Source: a virus
Strand: one strand, 5' to 3'
Length of the DNA: 64,000 nucleotides
IMG/VR virus record: IMGVR_UViG_3300035670_000164
Location: 6,356-70,355 of that record
The notes under the pieces were generated by a model, which saw only the letters and a list, made by a program, of their open reading frames with translations, had not been told where the DNA came from and made no database searches. A program made the translations under genes and the position numbers. This document shows, piece by piece, positions 52,273-61,378 of this stretch (its first letter is position 1; each line of letters begins with the position of its first letter).

Positions 52273-52354
52273 TATTTATTTTATGATATTTATAACCTTC
52301 TCAAGGTTATAATATTTAGATTTAAGCTACTGCCTTAGCGTGACACGCGGGCGT

Positions 52355-52383
52355 AGCTTATCTTATTTTTTTTCAAAAGTCAA
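52355..52383 (-). promoter_or_regulatory. sigma70-type promoter of the ATPase cassette
   Basis: TTGACT-17 bp-TAAGCT on the - strand. Confidence 0.55.
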
Positions 52384-52385
52384 GT

Positions 52386-53066
52386 CTATTCTTCAAGTAA
52401 CATTTCTTTAGAATATTTTTTATTCCATTCTTTAAAAGAAGAATGAGTCATAAATTTAGGATTCTTTTTAAGAATAGCTTTACCAGTAAGATATTGAAAT
52501 TCTGTTGGTAATCTACCAAGATATTGCATAATAGGTCCTAAATTGTCTTCTGTAGTTATATCATAAAGTAAACCATATACTGCATATAGTGTACTTGGTT
52601 CATTAGGTACTACTACATCTAGTGGTTTATTAATAATTTCTTCTTTTGTAGGCAAGTCTGTAAAGATTTGACAATAAGAATAAAACTCTCTTCCTACAGC
52701 TTCTCCTATAGCCCCACATATAAGAGCTAACATTGGTTCTTGTATTCCTTTAATTAATTTAGATACAAATTCCCAAGTTCTAAGAGTAGGAAATGTACAA
52801 TCATTATGTATTAGATCAAAGCTAAATAATGAATTTGGTTTAAATTCAATATAAGAGATAATTCTATAATCTATATTATTATCTCTAGCCCAAACTAACC
52901 ATTCTTTATTTTCTACTTCAAGAAACAAGTGAATTAATCTACTTTGCATTGCAGTAGATAATCTATTAGTAATAGCATTATCTGTAGATTTATTTCCTGC
53001 ACACATAATGTAACATTTATCATGAAGCTTATGTTGTCCTATTTCCCTATCTAAGCAAAGTCTATA
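52386..53066 (-). CDS. MoxR-like AAA ATPase (N4 gp24-like), exon 2
   Basis: YRLCLDREIG..KLH....MCAGN..TD.A....LSTAMQSRL.H; RTWEF. Confidence 0.88.
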   Translation of the reverse strand, partial: YRLCLDREIGQHKLHDKCYIMCAGNKSTDNAITNRLSTAMQSRLIHLFLEVENKEWLVWARDNNIDYRIISYIEFKPNSLFSFDLIHNDCTFPTLRTWEFVSKLIKGIQEPMLALICGAIGEAVGREFYSYCQIFTDLPTKEEIINKPLDVVVPNEPSTLYAVYGLLYDITTEDNLGPIMQYLGRLPTEFQYLTGKAILKKNPKFMTHSSFKEWNKKYSKEMLLEE

Positions 53067-53948
53067 CCTTTTTGTTCAATAAAGTTCGTTAAGCTTTATC
53101 CGTAATAACCGATAGTAAGTTATTACCGCTATACATTTCTGTATAGAGCAGACCATATCAATCTCTACAACATAACTTGTTTAGAGAGTTACCGTTTCCA
53201 CTCACTTGAGTGTACACCTTGCTAAAGGTTGGTCGTTAAACATTTAAGGAAAATTACGCAATCGTTCAGTATCATTTATAGAATCTAAAAGTTCATCTGC
53301 ATACTTTGCAGCTTCAATTTCAGTCATAAATGTTTTCCAACCGTAACTTGATTTACCATTATGTCGAATACATACAGCCCATCGAGCTTTTGCTCTAGGA
53401 TTATTTATATAAGATACATGGTGATACTTTGATACCCCTTGAGGGGATTTTAAACCAATTCTTATTGCATGAAGTTGATTATGTGAAGGATTACTTATTT
53501 CTAAGTTATTAATAGAATTATTTCCTGGATTTCCATCAATATGATTTATTTCCATTCCTTTTATAAAATTTGGTAAAAAAGCTTGAGCTACTAATTGATG
53601 AACTGAAAATGTTTTTGTTAATTCACTTGTACAAAGGGTAGCAATTATATAACCTCGCTTTTTTATTTGAGGTTTCCTAATTCTTTCTTTTATTAAACGA
53701 AATGTATTATCTCTACGTTTAACTTTTCTTTCCAAATTTTTTATTCTACCTAAATTTGAAACTTGATAATTTCCTTCAAATTCTAAAATATCTTTCCAAA
53801 TCTCTTGCATAATTTTACCTATTTAGTAATGAATTGTCTTATAGATTATACCTGCTTGTACTTATACAAGCAATAATAATTTATGAAGAGTTTTTCATTT
53901 TAGGTAACTTTAAATATAAAATTTCTTTTATAAGTGCCTATTTTGTTA
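53067..53948 (-). mobile_element. group I intron in the AAA ATPase gene (882 nt)
   Basis: 5' exon ends GCU with P1 TGCT/GGCA; P3 GTTACC/GGTAAC; P7 GACCA/TGGTC; terminal G. Splicing restores VQAAA|YRLCLDR in frame. Confidence 0.85.
53244..53810 (-). CDS. intron-encoded NUMOD4-HNH(-AP2-like) homing endonuclease
   Basis: EIWKDI..FEG.YQVSNLGRI; VHQLVA..F; INHIDGNPGNN...NLE; AP2-like C-terminus. Confidence 0.92.
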   Translation of the reverse strand: MQEIWKDILEFEGNYQVSNLGRIKNLERKVKRRDNTFRLIKERIRKPQIKKRGYIIATLCTSELTKTFSVHQLVAQAFLPNFIKGMEINHIDGNPGNNSINNLEISNPSHNQLHAIRIGLKSPQGVSKYHHVSYINNPRAKARWAVCIRHNGKSSYGWKTFMTEIEAAKYADELLDSINDTERLRNFP

Positions 53949-54284
53949 AGCAGCAGCTTGTACACTTAATGGTGCAGAATTAAACTCATCAAGAAGTAAT
54001 AACCATCCTTTATACCCATCAGGAATAGGTGTATTAATTAAAGGAAATACATCAAAAGGAATCCAAGTAGCAATACCATTTTCTATTTTAGGAAATCCAT
54101 TTAGATCAACACTATCACATTGAGATAATCTTAAATCTATTAATTTAAGTTTTTTTTCATCTGCTATTTGTTTAGCAATAGAACTTTTACTACAACCTGG
54201 GCTAGATTGTACAAAGGGTACTAATTTATTTTTAAAGCATTGAATTAATGCTTCTTTACATTCTTTTATATTAACTGTAATCAT
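53949..54284 (-). CDS. MoxR-like AAA ATPase (N4 gp24-like), exon 1
   Basis: SSPGCSKS; LIDLRLSQ...DL.GFP; LLLLDEFNSA..SVQAAA. Confidence 0.88.
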
Positions 54285-54306
54285 TTTTTTTTACAACTAA
54301 CCATTA

Positions 54307-54876
54307 TTAGTTAAAAGTATTGGAAAAAGCTACAAATTTTACTTTGTCTTTCCAGTATTCATCAAACCATTTACGTTCACCACGTCTGATTGTTACTTCA
54401 TTATTTTTCTCATTTACCCATTTAATAAAGCAATAACTTCCAGAGGGTAAACTAGGTATTTCATCATAGTTAGTATTCCAGACAATTTCAGAACACTTAA
54501 AAACTTCTGATTCTTCCCAAGTATCTGAACAAGTCCCATCTTTACAAACTTCAATACTTTCATTAGTAATAATAAGCCAACTATGAAATTTCCAATCTTT
54601 AACGTAATCTTCGAGAAATGTTGGAATGAATTGTTTTCGCAGCTTTATAAAATCTTTTCGATAGTTATTAGCATTTCTATTATTTACAAGCTTTATGTCT
54701 GTAACAGTTACTTCAAGAAAGCCATCATATCTACTTTCAACAAGAACTTTATCGCCCATTACAACTTTACAAGGAAGTAAAACATATTCTTCACACATTT
54801 CAGCAATAGATTTTCTAGTATGCTCAAATCCACATATTTCACATTGATATGTATCTGGGTGTTTAATTATTCTCAT
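54307..54876 (-). CDS. hypothetical protein with N-terminal Cys motif
   Basis: YQCEICG.........CE. Confidence 0.6.
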   Translation of the reverse strand: MRIIKHPDTYQCEICGFEHTRKSIAEMCEEYVLLPCKVVMGDKVLVESRYDGFLEVTVTDIKLVNNRNANNYRKDFIKLRKQFIPTFLEDYVKDWKFHSWLIITNESIEVCKDGTCSDTWEESEVFKCSEIVWNTNYDEIPSLPSGSYCFIKWVNEKNNEVTIRRGERKWFDEYWKDKVKFVAFSNTFN

Positions 54877-54879
54877 TTT

Positions 54880-55500
54880 TCAATCCTCTAAAGGTTTAAA
54901 GATAAATTCTTCAATTTCTTCTTTGGTTAAAGGTATTGCAAAGGTCCAAATATCATTTTCATTAACATCCCTAAAACCGTATGAATCTTTAACAACAATC
55001 CCACAATAATTGTATTTTCCTTCATTATTTAATACATCCCCATACCAACATAAAGTAGGTTTATTATCATTAAGTTCCCACCATTCTTTTTGTTTTGGTT
55101 TGTAGAGTTCAGAAGATGGTTTCCAAACAGTAGGTTCCATAAAAGATATATTAGAACTACGATTATTTTTAATATCCCAAAGTTTTCCACCTAATATACT
55201 AAGAGTTTCATTATATCCAATACATTCAACAACATTTCCCTCATTACTTATAAGAAATTCCCAAACCTCTTTTTGAGTTTTGAAAGGAATTTCATCAATA
55301 ATTTGAAGTTGTTCTAAAACATGATTTTGTATATATTCTTTTATTCCTTCTTGAGTATAGCGATAATCTTTTTTATTATCTTCAATTAACACACAATAAA
55401 TCTTTTTGTTATCTGGAAAGATTTGTAATGATTGTTCTGGTGTAACTTCAAACCAAACATTATTTTGATTTAAAGCATTGTTAAGTGTTAAAACTCTCAT
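54880..55500 (-). CDS. hypothetical protein
   Basis: ORF with RBS AGGAG. Confidence 0.6.
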   Translation of the reverse strand: MRVLTLNNALNQNNVWFEVTPEQSLQIFPDNKKIYCVLIEDNKKDYRYTQEGIKEYIQNHVLEQLQIIDEIPFKTQKEVWEFLISNEGNVVECIGYNETLSILGGKLWDIKNNRSSNISFMEPTVWKPSSELYKPKQKEWWELNDNKPTLCWYGDVLNNEGKYNYCGIVVKDSYGFRDVNENDIWTFAIPLTKEEIEEFIFKPLED

Positions 55501-55648
55501 GTTAAGCTCCTAATAAAGCAAATAAAAAGATGAATGCTAATATAAATACAAACATTAATGGTACAGCACAAATATATAAAAAAAAGTTACGCATAATACA
55601 CTCCTATATTTTTCTTTTAATAGTCTACAAAACCGTCCGAAGGACGGC

Positions 55649-56080
55649 TTAAGATAATGCTATAAAAATAGTTTTTGTAGCATCTGTTTTAGTAATTAAT
55701 CCATGATAATTAAAGTCATTAATTGTATAAATCTTGAAAGGTTCAATAATTAAACTTCTATTTTCTTCCCATAAAATAGTGCTTTTATTACACTTTATAG
55801 GTATTAAAATAAATTGTTTAGATTCACTATCCCTATGACTATCAATTGTTCCTTCTACAATAATTAACTGTAAATCTAAACTATCTTTATAAAGATGATT
55901 TGGTAAACTATCTAATACTTCTTCCTGATATTTTAATAGTTGAGGAAAATCATTATTAAAATATTGTTTAACAATTCCATTAAAATGGAATGTGTGGCTT
56001 GATACATTAGGTAATTTTTTTATTAAACTCTGTATTCCATATAATTTAGGTTTATTCTTAAATAAATATTGTCTTAGCAT
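55649..56080 (-). CDS. putative 2OG-Fe(II) oxygenase / cupin-fold protein
   Basis: H-x-D (HRD) and a distal H (NYHG) in a beta-rich context. Confidence 0.5.
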   Translation of the reverse strand: MLRQYLFKNKPKLYGIQSLIKKLPNVSSHTFHFNGIVKQYFNNDFPQLLKYQEEVLDSLPNHLYKDSLDLQLIIVEGTIDSHRDSESKQFILIPIKCNKSTILWEENRSLIIEPFKIYTINDFNYHGLITKTDATKTIFIALS

Positions 56081-56137
56081 ATAGTCTATCTATAGTATTT
56101 TTTATCAATTTTTAGGAAATTAGTATTTAGGTTTTTG

Positions 56138-56171
56138 AAAAAATAATAGACCTCAAAAGAGGTCTATTTTT
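56138..56171. terminator. intrinsic terminator after the RNAP II genes
   Basis: AATAGACCTC-AAAA-GAGGTCTATT with T-tracts on both strands. Confidence 0.7.
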
Positions 56172-56176
56172 AGTGA

Positions 56177-57181
56177 TTAGCAGATAGGATAATCTGCTTC
56201 TAAGATTAAATCTTCTAAGCCATATTCCATTTTTTCTACTTCAACTTCATAACCTAAAAGTTGAGTAGCTATATCTTGAAGTAGATTACTTTTACAAATC
56301 TCATAACAGATTTGTAAGTAGTTTCTTCTCATTTTGTTTGCATTATTTACATGACAATACATTGCGTCATGTATTGTTAAAATATGAAACCCATCTTTAT
56401 GACATCTTCCAATCATTTCTTGACAAACATACGCATCAATGGATTGAATTATGTTAGCTATGATAGGTGTATCATAATTACTACAAATACCTATCTTTGT
56501 GTACTGATATGTGAAGGTTATTCCCATACCATATACTTCATGGATTCTTAATTTAGTTGGTTCTTGGTCCTTAACCATACATTTTGCTGTATGACCATTA
56601 GGTAAAGTCCATGTATATTCAGGACTATTACTATTCCATAGACTTCTTATGTCATCTGAAACTATAATAGTTCCAGGTAATAAGTTTTGTCTAGCTTTAT
56701 AAAAAGCCTTAAGTTCTGGAGTATTTTCTCCAAAGAACAACTTAGGACTAGCTTTACTACCATATCCTAATGGCATAAGAACATACTTAATATCTTCCCT
56801 ATCGTACTCAATTTCACTACCAAGTAATCTATTTAATTCAACAGTTACATTGGTATACGGGTCTTGAACTTTACCAGTATTAATCAAATTGGTTTGTTCA
56901 AGAGTCTTACGACAACCAATTAATAGTCCCATGATACTTATGCCACTAGCACAAGCATCCAAACCAATTAAATGATTGGTTTGTTTATCTGCGTGTACTG
57001 TATTCAAAGCATTAATAGCTTTAGCAAATAAATATGGTTTCTTTGCAGAATCTATCATATCTTCTAATACATCGAAATTACTAAGAGTCCATTCAATCCT
57101 TTCTTCCCATAATAATTTATCTTTACCATATTGATTAGCAATATCAATAAGGATATATTCATATCCACTAAATTCTTGCAT
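56177..57181 (-). CDS. phage RNA polymerase II subunit 2 (N4 gp16-like)
   Basis: YILIDIANQYGKDK; LDACASG; R...K...M...YGS; IHD. Confidence 0.93.
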   Translation of the reverse strand: MQEFSGYEYILIDIANQYGKDKLLWEERIEWTLSNFDVLEDMIDSAKKPYLFAKAINALNTVHADKQTNHLIGLDACASGISIMGLLIGCRKTLEQTNLINTGKVQDPYTNVTVELNRLLGSEIEYDREDIKYVLMPLGYGSKASPKLFFGENTPELKAFYKARQNLLPGTIIVSDDIRSLWNSNSPEYTWTLPNGHTAKCMVKDQEPTKLRIHEVYGMGITFTYQYTKIGICSNYDTPIIANIIQSIDAYVCQEMIGRCHKDGFHILTIHDAMYCHVNNANKMRRNYLQICYEICKSNLLQDIATQLLGYEVEVEKMEYGLEDLILEADYPIC

Positions 57182-57201
57182 GATAAATCTCCTAATAATT
57201 A

Positions 57202-58152
57202 TTATTTATATTTTTCTGGAATACTTACTTCTTCATAAATATTCATAGATACCAATGCTCTGTCATACTCACCACTCTGATAATTAATTTGAAATCCTTT
57301 ACAATACATTCTTCCTCTACTATCAAACCTATGAAGTAGATAAAATTGTTTATAGCTTAATAATTCATTATATGTTTCAACAAATTCTTTTTGTTGATTT
57401 ATGAATGCTTCTTTAATTAATTGCAATTCTATTTCATCTTTATCTGAGTATTTTTCTTCTTTAAATTCCTTTTCAAACTGTAAGATAAACTCATCTAAGA
57501 TAAGTGGAATAGAATTTTGAATGTTTAAAACATTCAAATTAATTGGAAGATCATGTTGATTGTATGATTTAAGAACACAATGTTCTCTAATAGTTATAAA
57601 TCCAGCATTACTATTACTTCTAATGGGTTCTGGTTTAACTATCATTGGTGGTAGAAACTTTACTCTATTAATAGCAGCAATGGTCTCTTGTTGCAGTTTA
57701 TAATTAGATTTGCAAACCACAGATTTATACTTCTTTCCCTCATATAATCTTTCTTTGAAGTACAAGTCATACAAGTCTGAATCAGCCATAACAGATATTA
57801 AATCTGCTGCAACTTTAACTCCGTCAAGAATATCTTCATACTCAAGATGTGGGGCAAACAAGGATGCAAGAACTGTAAATTCTTGCTCATGTTCTGTGAT
57901 AAGAATAATACTTAACAAATCTAAAATTATTCTATCCATATCAATTAATTCTGAATTGATACGATAGATAAGATTCTCAGCTCTATCTGCTCTGGAGAAC
58001 TTAAATTCTTGAGCTAAATAATCTGCTACTAATCTTTTACACTCAAGTAATTTATTACAATTAGTTTCAATATCTCGTTTAAGTATTTTTCTCATTTCCT
58101 TACGAGAATACTTCTCTTCCATGAGTATCTGTTCTAATTTATTTAATAACAT
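57202..58152 (-). CDS. phage RNA polymerase II subunit 1 (N4 gp15-like)
   Basis: LPPMIVKP; HRFDSRGRMYCKGFQINYQ. Confidence 0.92.
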   Translation of the reverse strand: MLLNKLEQILMEEKYSRKEMRKILKRDIETNCNKLLECKRLVADYLAQEFKFSRADRAENLIYRINSELIDMDRIILDLLSIILITEHEQEFTVLASLFAPHLEYEDILDGVKVAADLISVMADSDLYDLYFKERLYEGKKYKSVVCKSNYKLQQETIAAINRVKFLPPMIVKPEPIRSNSNAGFITIREHCVLKSYNQHDLPINLNVLNIQNSIPLILDEFILQFEKEFKEEKYSDKDEIELQLIKEAFINQQKEFVETYNELLSYKQFYLLHRFDSRGRMYCKGFQINYQSGEYDRALVSMNIYEEVSIPEKYK

Positions 58153-58212
58153 ATTAAACTCCTATAGTGGTAAAAGAGTGTCCGAAGGACACCCTATATT
58201 TACTTTTAATTG

Positions 58213-58422
58213 TTATTTAATTTCACTAATAATAGTGTCTTCCTGCCCAACAAAATTGCTATTCCAACCAATTAAACAAATATTGTCTAATTGATCATCA
58301 ATCCAAGCTTCTTGACAAGAAACCCTGTCTGCAACAGAGTTATTTGCTAGAAATAAGCAAGTAGTTTCTAGCGGATATTTGCTGAGAACATTGATTACAT
58401 CAGCTACAGTTGTATATTTCAT
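58213..58422 (-). CDS. hypothetical early protein
   Basis: RBS GAGG. Confidence 0.6.
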   Translation of the reverse strand: MKYTTVADVINVLSKYPLETTCLFLANNSVADRVSCQEAWIDDQLDNICLIGWNSNFVGQEDTIISEIK

Positions 58423-58444
58423 GATAAATTCCTCATATTTATTT

Positions 58445-58642
58445 CTAAACTAATTGATGATGTTTTTCTAATATAGATTTATTAATATTAGAGTTAAATT
58501 TTGATGGACAATGGGATAAGTTTCTTGATGTAATATTTAATTTACATCTAAACCCTAATTCACCAGAATTAGAAAATTCATGTATTTTTAGAAATACACA
58601 ATTTTTACAAATATTTGCTGTTGTTTCAGTATAACGTTCCAT
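58445..58642 (-). CDS. small Cys-rich protein
   Basis: CKNC...C...C; RBS GAGG. Confidence 0.55.
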   Translation of the reverse strand: MERYTETTANICKNCVFLKIHEFSNSGELGFRCKLNITSRNLSHCPSKFNSNINKSILEKHHQLV

Positions 58643-58660
58643 AAATTTTCCTCGTTTGGG

Positions 58661-59608
58661 TTAGATTAACTCTTTTATACCTCCATTACGGTTGTAATTA
58701 GGTATATAATTAATACCTGTTAATTGGTTTAATCTTTTATACCAATTTGAATTAGCCATATTAATAACTGGAATTTGGTTTTGAATAGCTAATCTAATAG
58801 CTTGTCCAGTACCACCAGTATTAATAGTTGTACTTGTTTCTGCTCCATCTGGAGTCCAACATAGAACAAAATCAACTGGACTATTTAAATCTTCACCTAA
58901 GATTTGGTGACAGTTACGAGCCATCAACTTCTTAGCACCCTGAGATAATCTACCCCAAGCTGGGTGTAAAGATTTAGCTAAATTCATAGCTTGTTCTGAT
59001 GTTGTTACTACACCAGATTTACAATTATTAAATCCATTCCAAGGAATGAACTCAATTTTATTTGCTGTATTCCAAGCGAATGCACTATCAGCACCTTCTG
59101 CTGCACCTGAATATAATTTATATCCAGATTGTTCTAATAACTGAGCTATTTCAGTCATTACTTTCATTACAGATACAGGAGTTTTTCTCGAACCAATTCC
59201 TGAATAAGTCATACTTTTTATTTCAAACATATCCATTGTTTGAGTATCTGTTTTAGTTTTCATTTCATTTACTCCTAATTGTTGATCTAAATATTGTTTA
59301 ATAGTATCTCCATGACACCTATTAGGTTTACAGAAACAACCTAATTTAATAGGTCTTTTCTTTGCTTCCAAGACTATCTTAGTTAAATATTCTTTAACTA
59401 ATTTTTTATCTTTATTAGCTTCAAACCATATCTCATATTTATCACAAGCTTCATCTCTAGTATTTACTAAATATTCTGCTTTAGTATTTTCTAAATGTGA
59501 ATATGGATTACCTAAAGGACTACCTCTACCAATGTAGAAGTCATAATCCTCTTTGTACTTATTAACTACAGTAATCCTTTCTGTAGTATTACTTTTTCTT
59601 CTAATCAT
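58661..59608 (-). CDS. DUF4326 domain fused to a DprA/SLOG-like Rossmann domain
   Basis: YIGRGSPLGNPY...LGCFCKP..CHGD; YSGIGSRKTP...SGAAEGADSAF...ARN..QILG..VLCWT...GGTGQA. Confidence 0.85.
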   Translation of the reverse strand: MIRRKSNTTERITVVNKYKEDYDFYIGRGSPLGNPYSHLENTKAEYLVNTRDEACDKYEIWFEANKDKKLVKEYLTKIVLEAKKRPIKLGCFCKPNRCHGDTIKQYLDQQLGVNEMKTKTDTQTMDMFEIKSMTYSGIGSRKTPVSVMKVMTEIAQLLEQSGYKLYSGAAEGADSAFAWNTANKIEFIPWNGFNNCKSGVVTTSEQAMNLAKSLHPAWGRLSQGAKKLMARNCHQILGEDLNSPVDFVLCWTPDGAETSTTINTGGTGQAIRLAIQNQIPVINMANSNWYKRLNQLTGINYIPNYNRNGGIKELI

Positions 59609-59677
59609 TAATTACTCCATATAATAAATATTACATGGATAATAATTAGTAGAACCAAGATTAATAGTAGTCTTAAA

Positions 59678-59908
59678 CTATTCATAACTTACTCCTTCTT
59701 CTAATTCTGGGTATTTATCCAATCCAGAATTAATAGTTGAAAATTTCTCTAGCTCATTAAAAGTTATAGAAACTCCATTAATAACTATGGAATCTATGTT
59801 TATTAATAATTCTTCTTTATTTAGAGAAATCCAATTATAGATATTCTCTAAATCTTTAAATCGTAATTGGGTAAATCCAATTGATGAATCTAAATAACAG
59901 ATATACAT
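59678..59908 (-). CDS. hypothetical early protein
   Basis: RBS AGGAG. Confidence 0.55.
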   Translation of the reverse strand: MYICYLDSSIGFTQLRFKDLENIYNWISLNKEELLINIDSIVINGVSITFNELEKFSTINSGLDKYPELEEGVSYE

Positions 59909-59919
59909 AACACTTACTC

Positions 59920-60066
59920 CTAATTAATTTTTTGTTGTTGATAAACTTTTAGTATTTCTTTAATACTATTAAAGCTACCTAGATACTTTGTATTGCAACC
60001 CACACACAGATATGCAATAAACTTATCCCCTTTCTTGAAGATACTTAACATTTTTGTTGATACCAT
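59920..60066 (-). CDS. hypothetical early protein (48 aa)
   Basis: MVSTKMLSIFKKGDKFIAYLCVG...; RBS AGGAG; translated by hand. Confidence 0.5.
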   Translation of the reverse strand: MVSTKMLSIFKKGDKFIAYLCVGCNTKYLGSFNSIKEILKVYQQQKIN

Positions 60067-60138
60067 AATTAACTCCTAATTTATTTTTATGAAGCCAGGC
60101 AAAGCAAGGCAGTGAGAGGAGAGCAAGCAAACTAACCC

Positions 60139-60164
60139 AATACATAAAAGAAAAACCATGAGAA
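60139..60164 (-). promoter_or_regulatory. repeated early-region motif (also at 60693, 61532, and partially at 62176)
   Basis: + strand AATACATAAAAG-N9-GAGAA, each copy upstream of a - strand early ORF. Confidence 0.6.
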
Positions 60165-60239
60165 AGCAGTGGCACGATAGTACGCAGAAGTAAGACTATC
60201 TTTCTAATTTTTAAATAAACTAATATTTATTTTATTAGA

Positions 60240-60274
60240 AAAACTAAAGCACCATACCCGAAGGTATGATGCTA
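60240..60274 (-). terminator. intrinsic terminator with cUUCGg loop
   Basis: AGCATCATACC-TTCG-GGTATGGTGCT-TTAGTTTT after the 60281 ORF. Confidence 0.7.
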
Positions 60275-60280
60275 TTAGGT

Positions 60281-60601
60281 TTAAATTAAATCTTCAATAT
60301 TGTTACTAGATTTAGATATGACTAAATGATAGAAACCTGTTGAATCTTTTTCAGGGCTTTTCAACAATCTATATGTTGAAAAATCCTCTTTTGGTCCAAT
60401 CAAGTATTTATTTTTATTGTCTACATCACTTGCAGACATTTGAATAGATACTTCAACACCGTTACTGTTAAGAACAGTAATGGTTTGTTTAAATCTAGTT
60501 CCATCTTTAATAATGGAATTAGCTTTAACAATTTTGAAGCTTAAGTATTTACTGTAATCACGTTTAGTTTTAATTACAGTATTAGATTTTAAACCAGCCA
60601 T
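60281..60601 (-). CDS. hypothetical early protein
   Basis: RBS AGGAGG; has its own terminator. Confidence 0.7.
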   Translation of the reverse strand: MAGLKSNTVIKTKRDYSKYLSFKIVKANSIIKDGTRFKQTITVLNSNGVEVSIQMSASDVDNKNKYLIGPKEDFSTYRLLKSPEKDSTGFYHLVISKSSNNIEDLI

Positions 60602-60970
60602 GATACACCTCCTAAGGTATATAATTTTATGAATGCAGTTGCTTTAGCTATGAGCAACTACAAGTAATCAGGTGAGCAGGATTGCTTTACCTAATACATA
60701 AAAGAAAAACTTCGAGAACTCTAATGGTTGATAGGAACTAATAGTTCCCATAAGGAAAGAATAGTCATTGACTATTAGTTTTTAGTGTAGATTTAGTAAT
60801 TAAACAGTGTTTAATAGAGTTGATAGTATTACTATCATTTAAAATAGTATTACTACTACTAGATATAGTATTTACTACTATTTATCTATATTTACCGCAT
60901 TACTTGCAGTAATAAGAATAACTAACTACTTGATTCTATTACATATACTATTGGCATGAATATTGATGTA

Positions 60971-60999
60971 TTGACTTTTACTTAAAAATATGTTATTAT
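60971..60999 (+). promoter_or_regulatory. sigma70-type promoter, antisense to the early genes
   Basis: TTGACT-17 bp-TATTAT. Confidence 0.65.
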
Positions 61000-61005
61000 T
61001 GCGAA

Positions 61006-61378
61006 GCGTATTTACTAGCGAGCTTTACAAGTAACTAATAAATATTAATAATAGTTAGCTTCACAATAATACCACTCCTGGTTGTGTTCGGATTCCCTAA
61101 CATACCTTCATTACATTGAGTATCTATTCACTCAACACAAAGCCTTGATGTATAACCCTTAATACATAAGTAAGATGAACCATAACTGATTGGACTCTTG
61201 GCTTGTATACAAGGCTTTGAATCGTTTCGTAAATAGATACTCAACTCCAATCAGGTATGTTGTAAACTTTTAGGGTTTAGTTATGCCTGAAAGTAGTATA
61301 AAGACTATCTCTCTTGTGTATGTGTATGCTTTAAAACTTTAAGACCTAATACTCTTCGGAGTATTGGGTCTTTTTATT
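61006..61378 (+). ncRNA. candidate structured non-coding RNA (~370 nt)
   Basis: Bounded by a promoter and a terminator, no ORF of 60 aa or more, nested long-range helices over 61095-61275. Confidence 0.6.
61341..61378 (+). terminator. intrinsic terminator
   Basis: AAGACCTAATACTC-TTCG-GAGTATTGGGTCTT-TTTATT. Confidence 0.8.

Larger units (their letters stand above)
51624..52412. mobile_element. moron-like cassette flanked by 26-bp direct repeats (51624-51649 and 52387-52412)
   Basis: TATTCTTCAAGTAACATTTCTTTAGA occurs twice; it is the 3' end of the AAA ATPase gene. Confidence 0.75.

Noticed and set aside
34925-59256. Short + strand ORFs (34925, 41361, 47994, 49325, 49915, 51290, 54583, 57710, 59062)
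   Set aside because: Antisense to better-supported - strand genes; no recognisable motifs.
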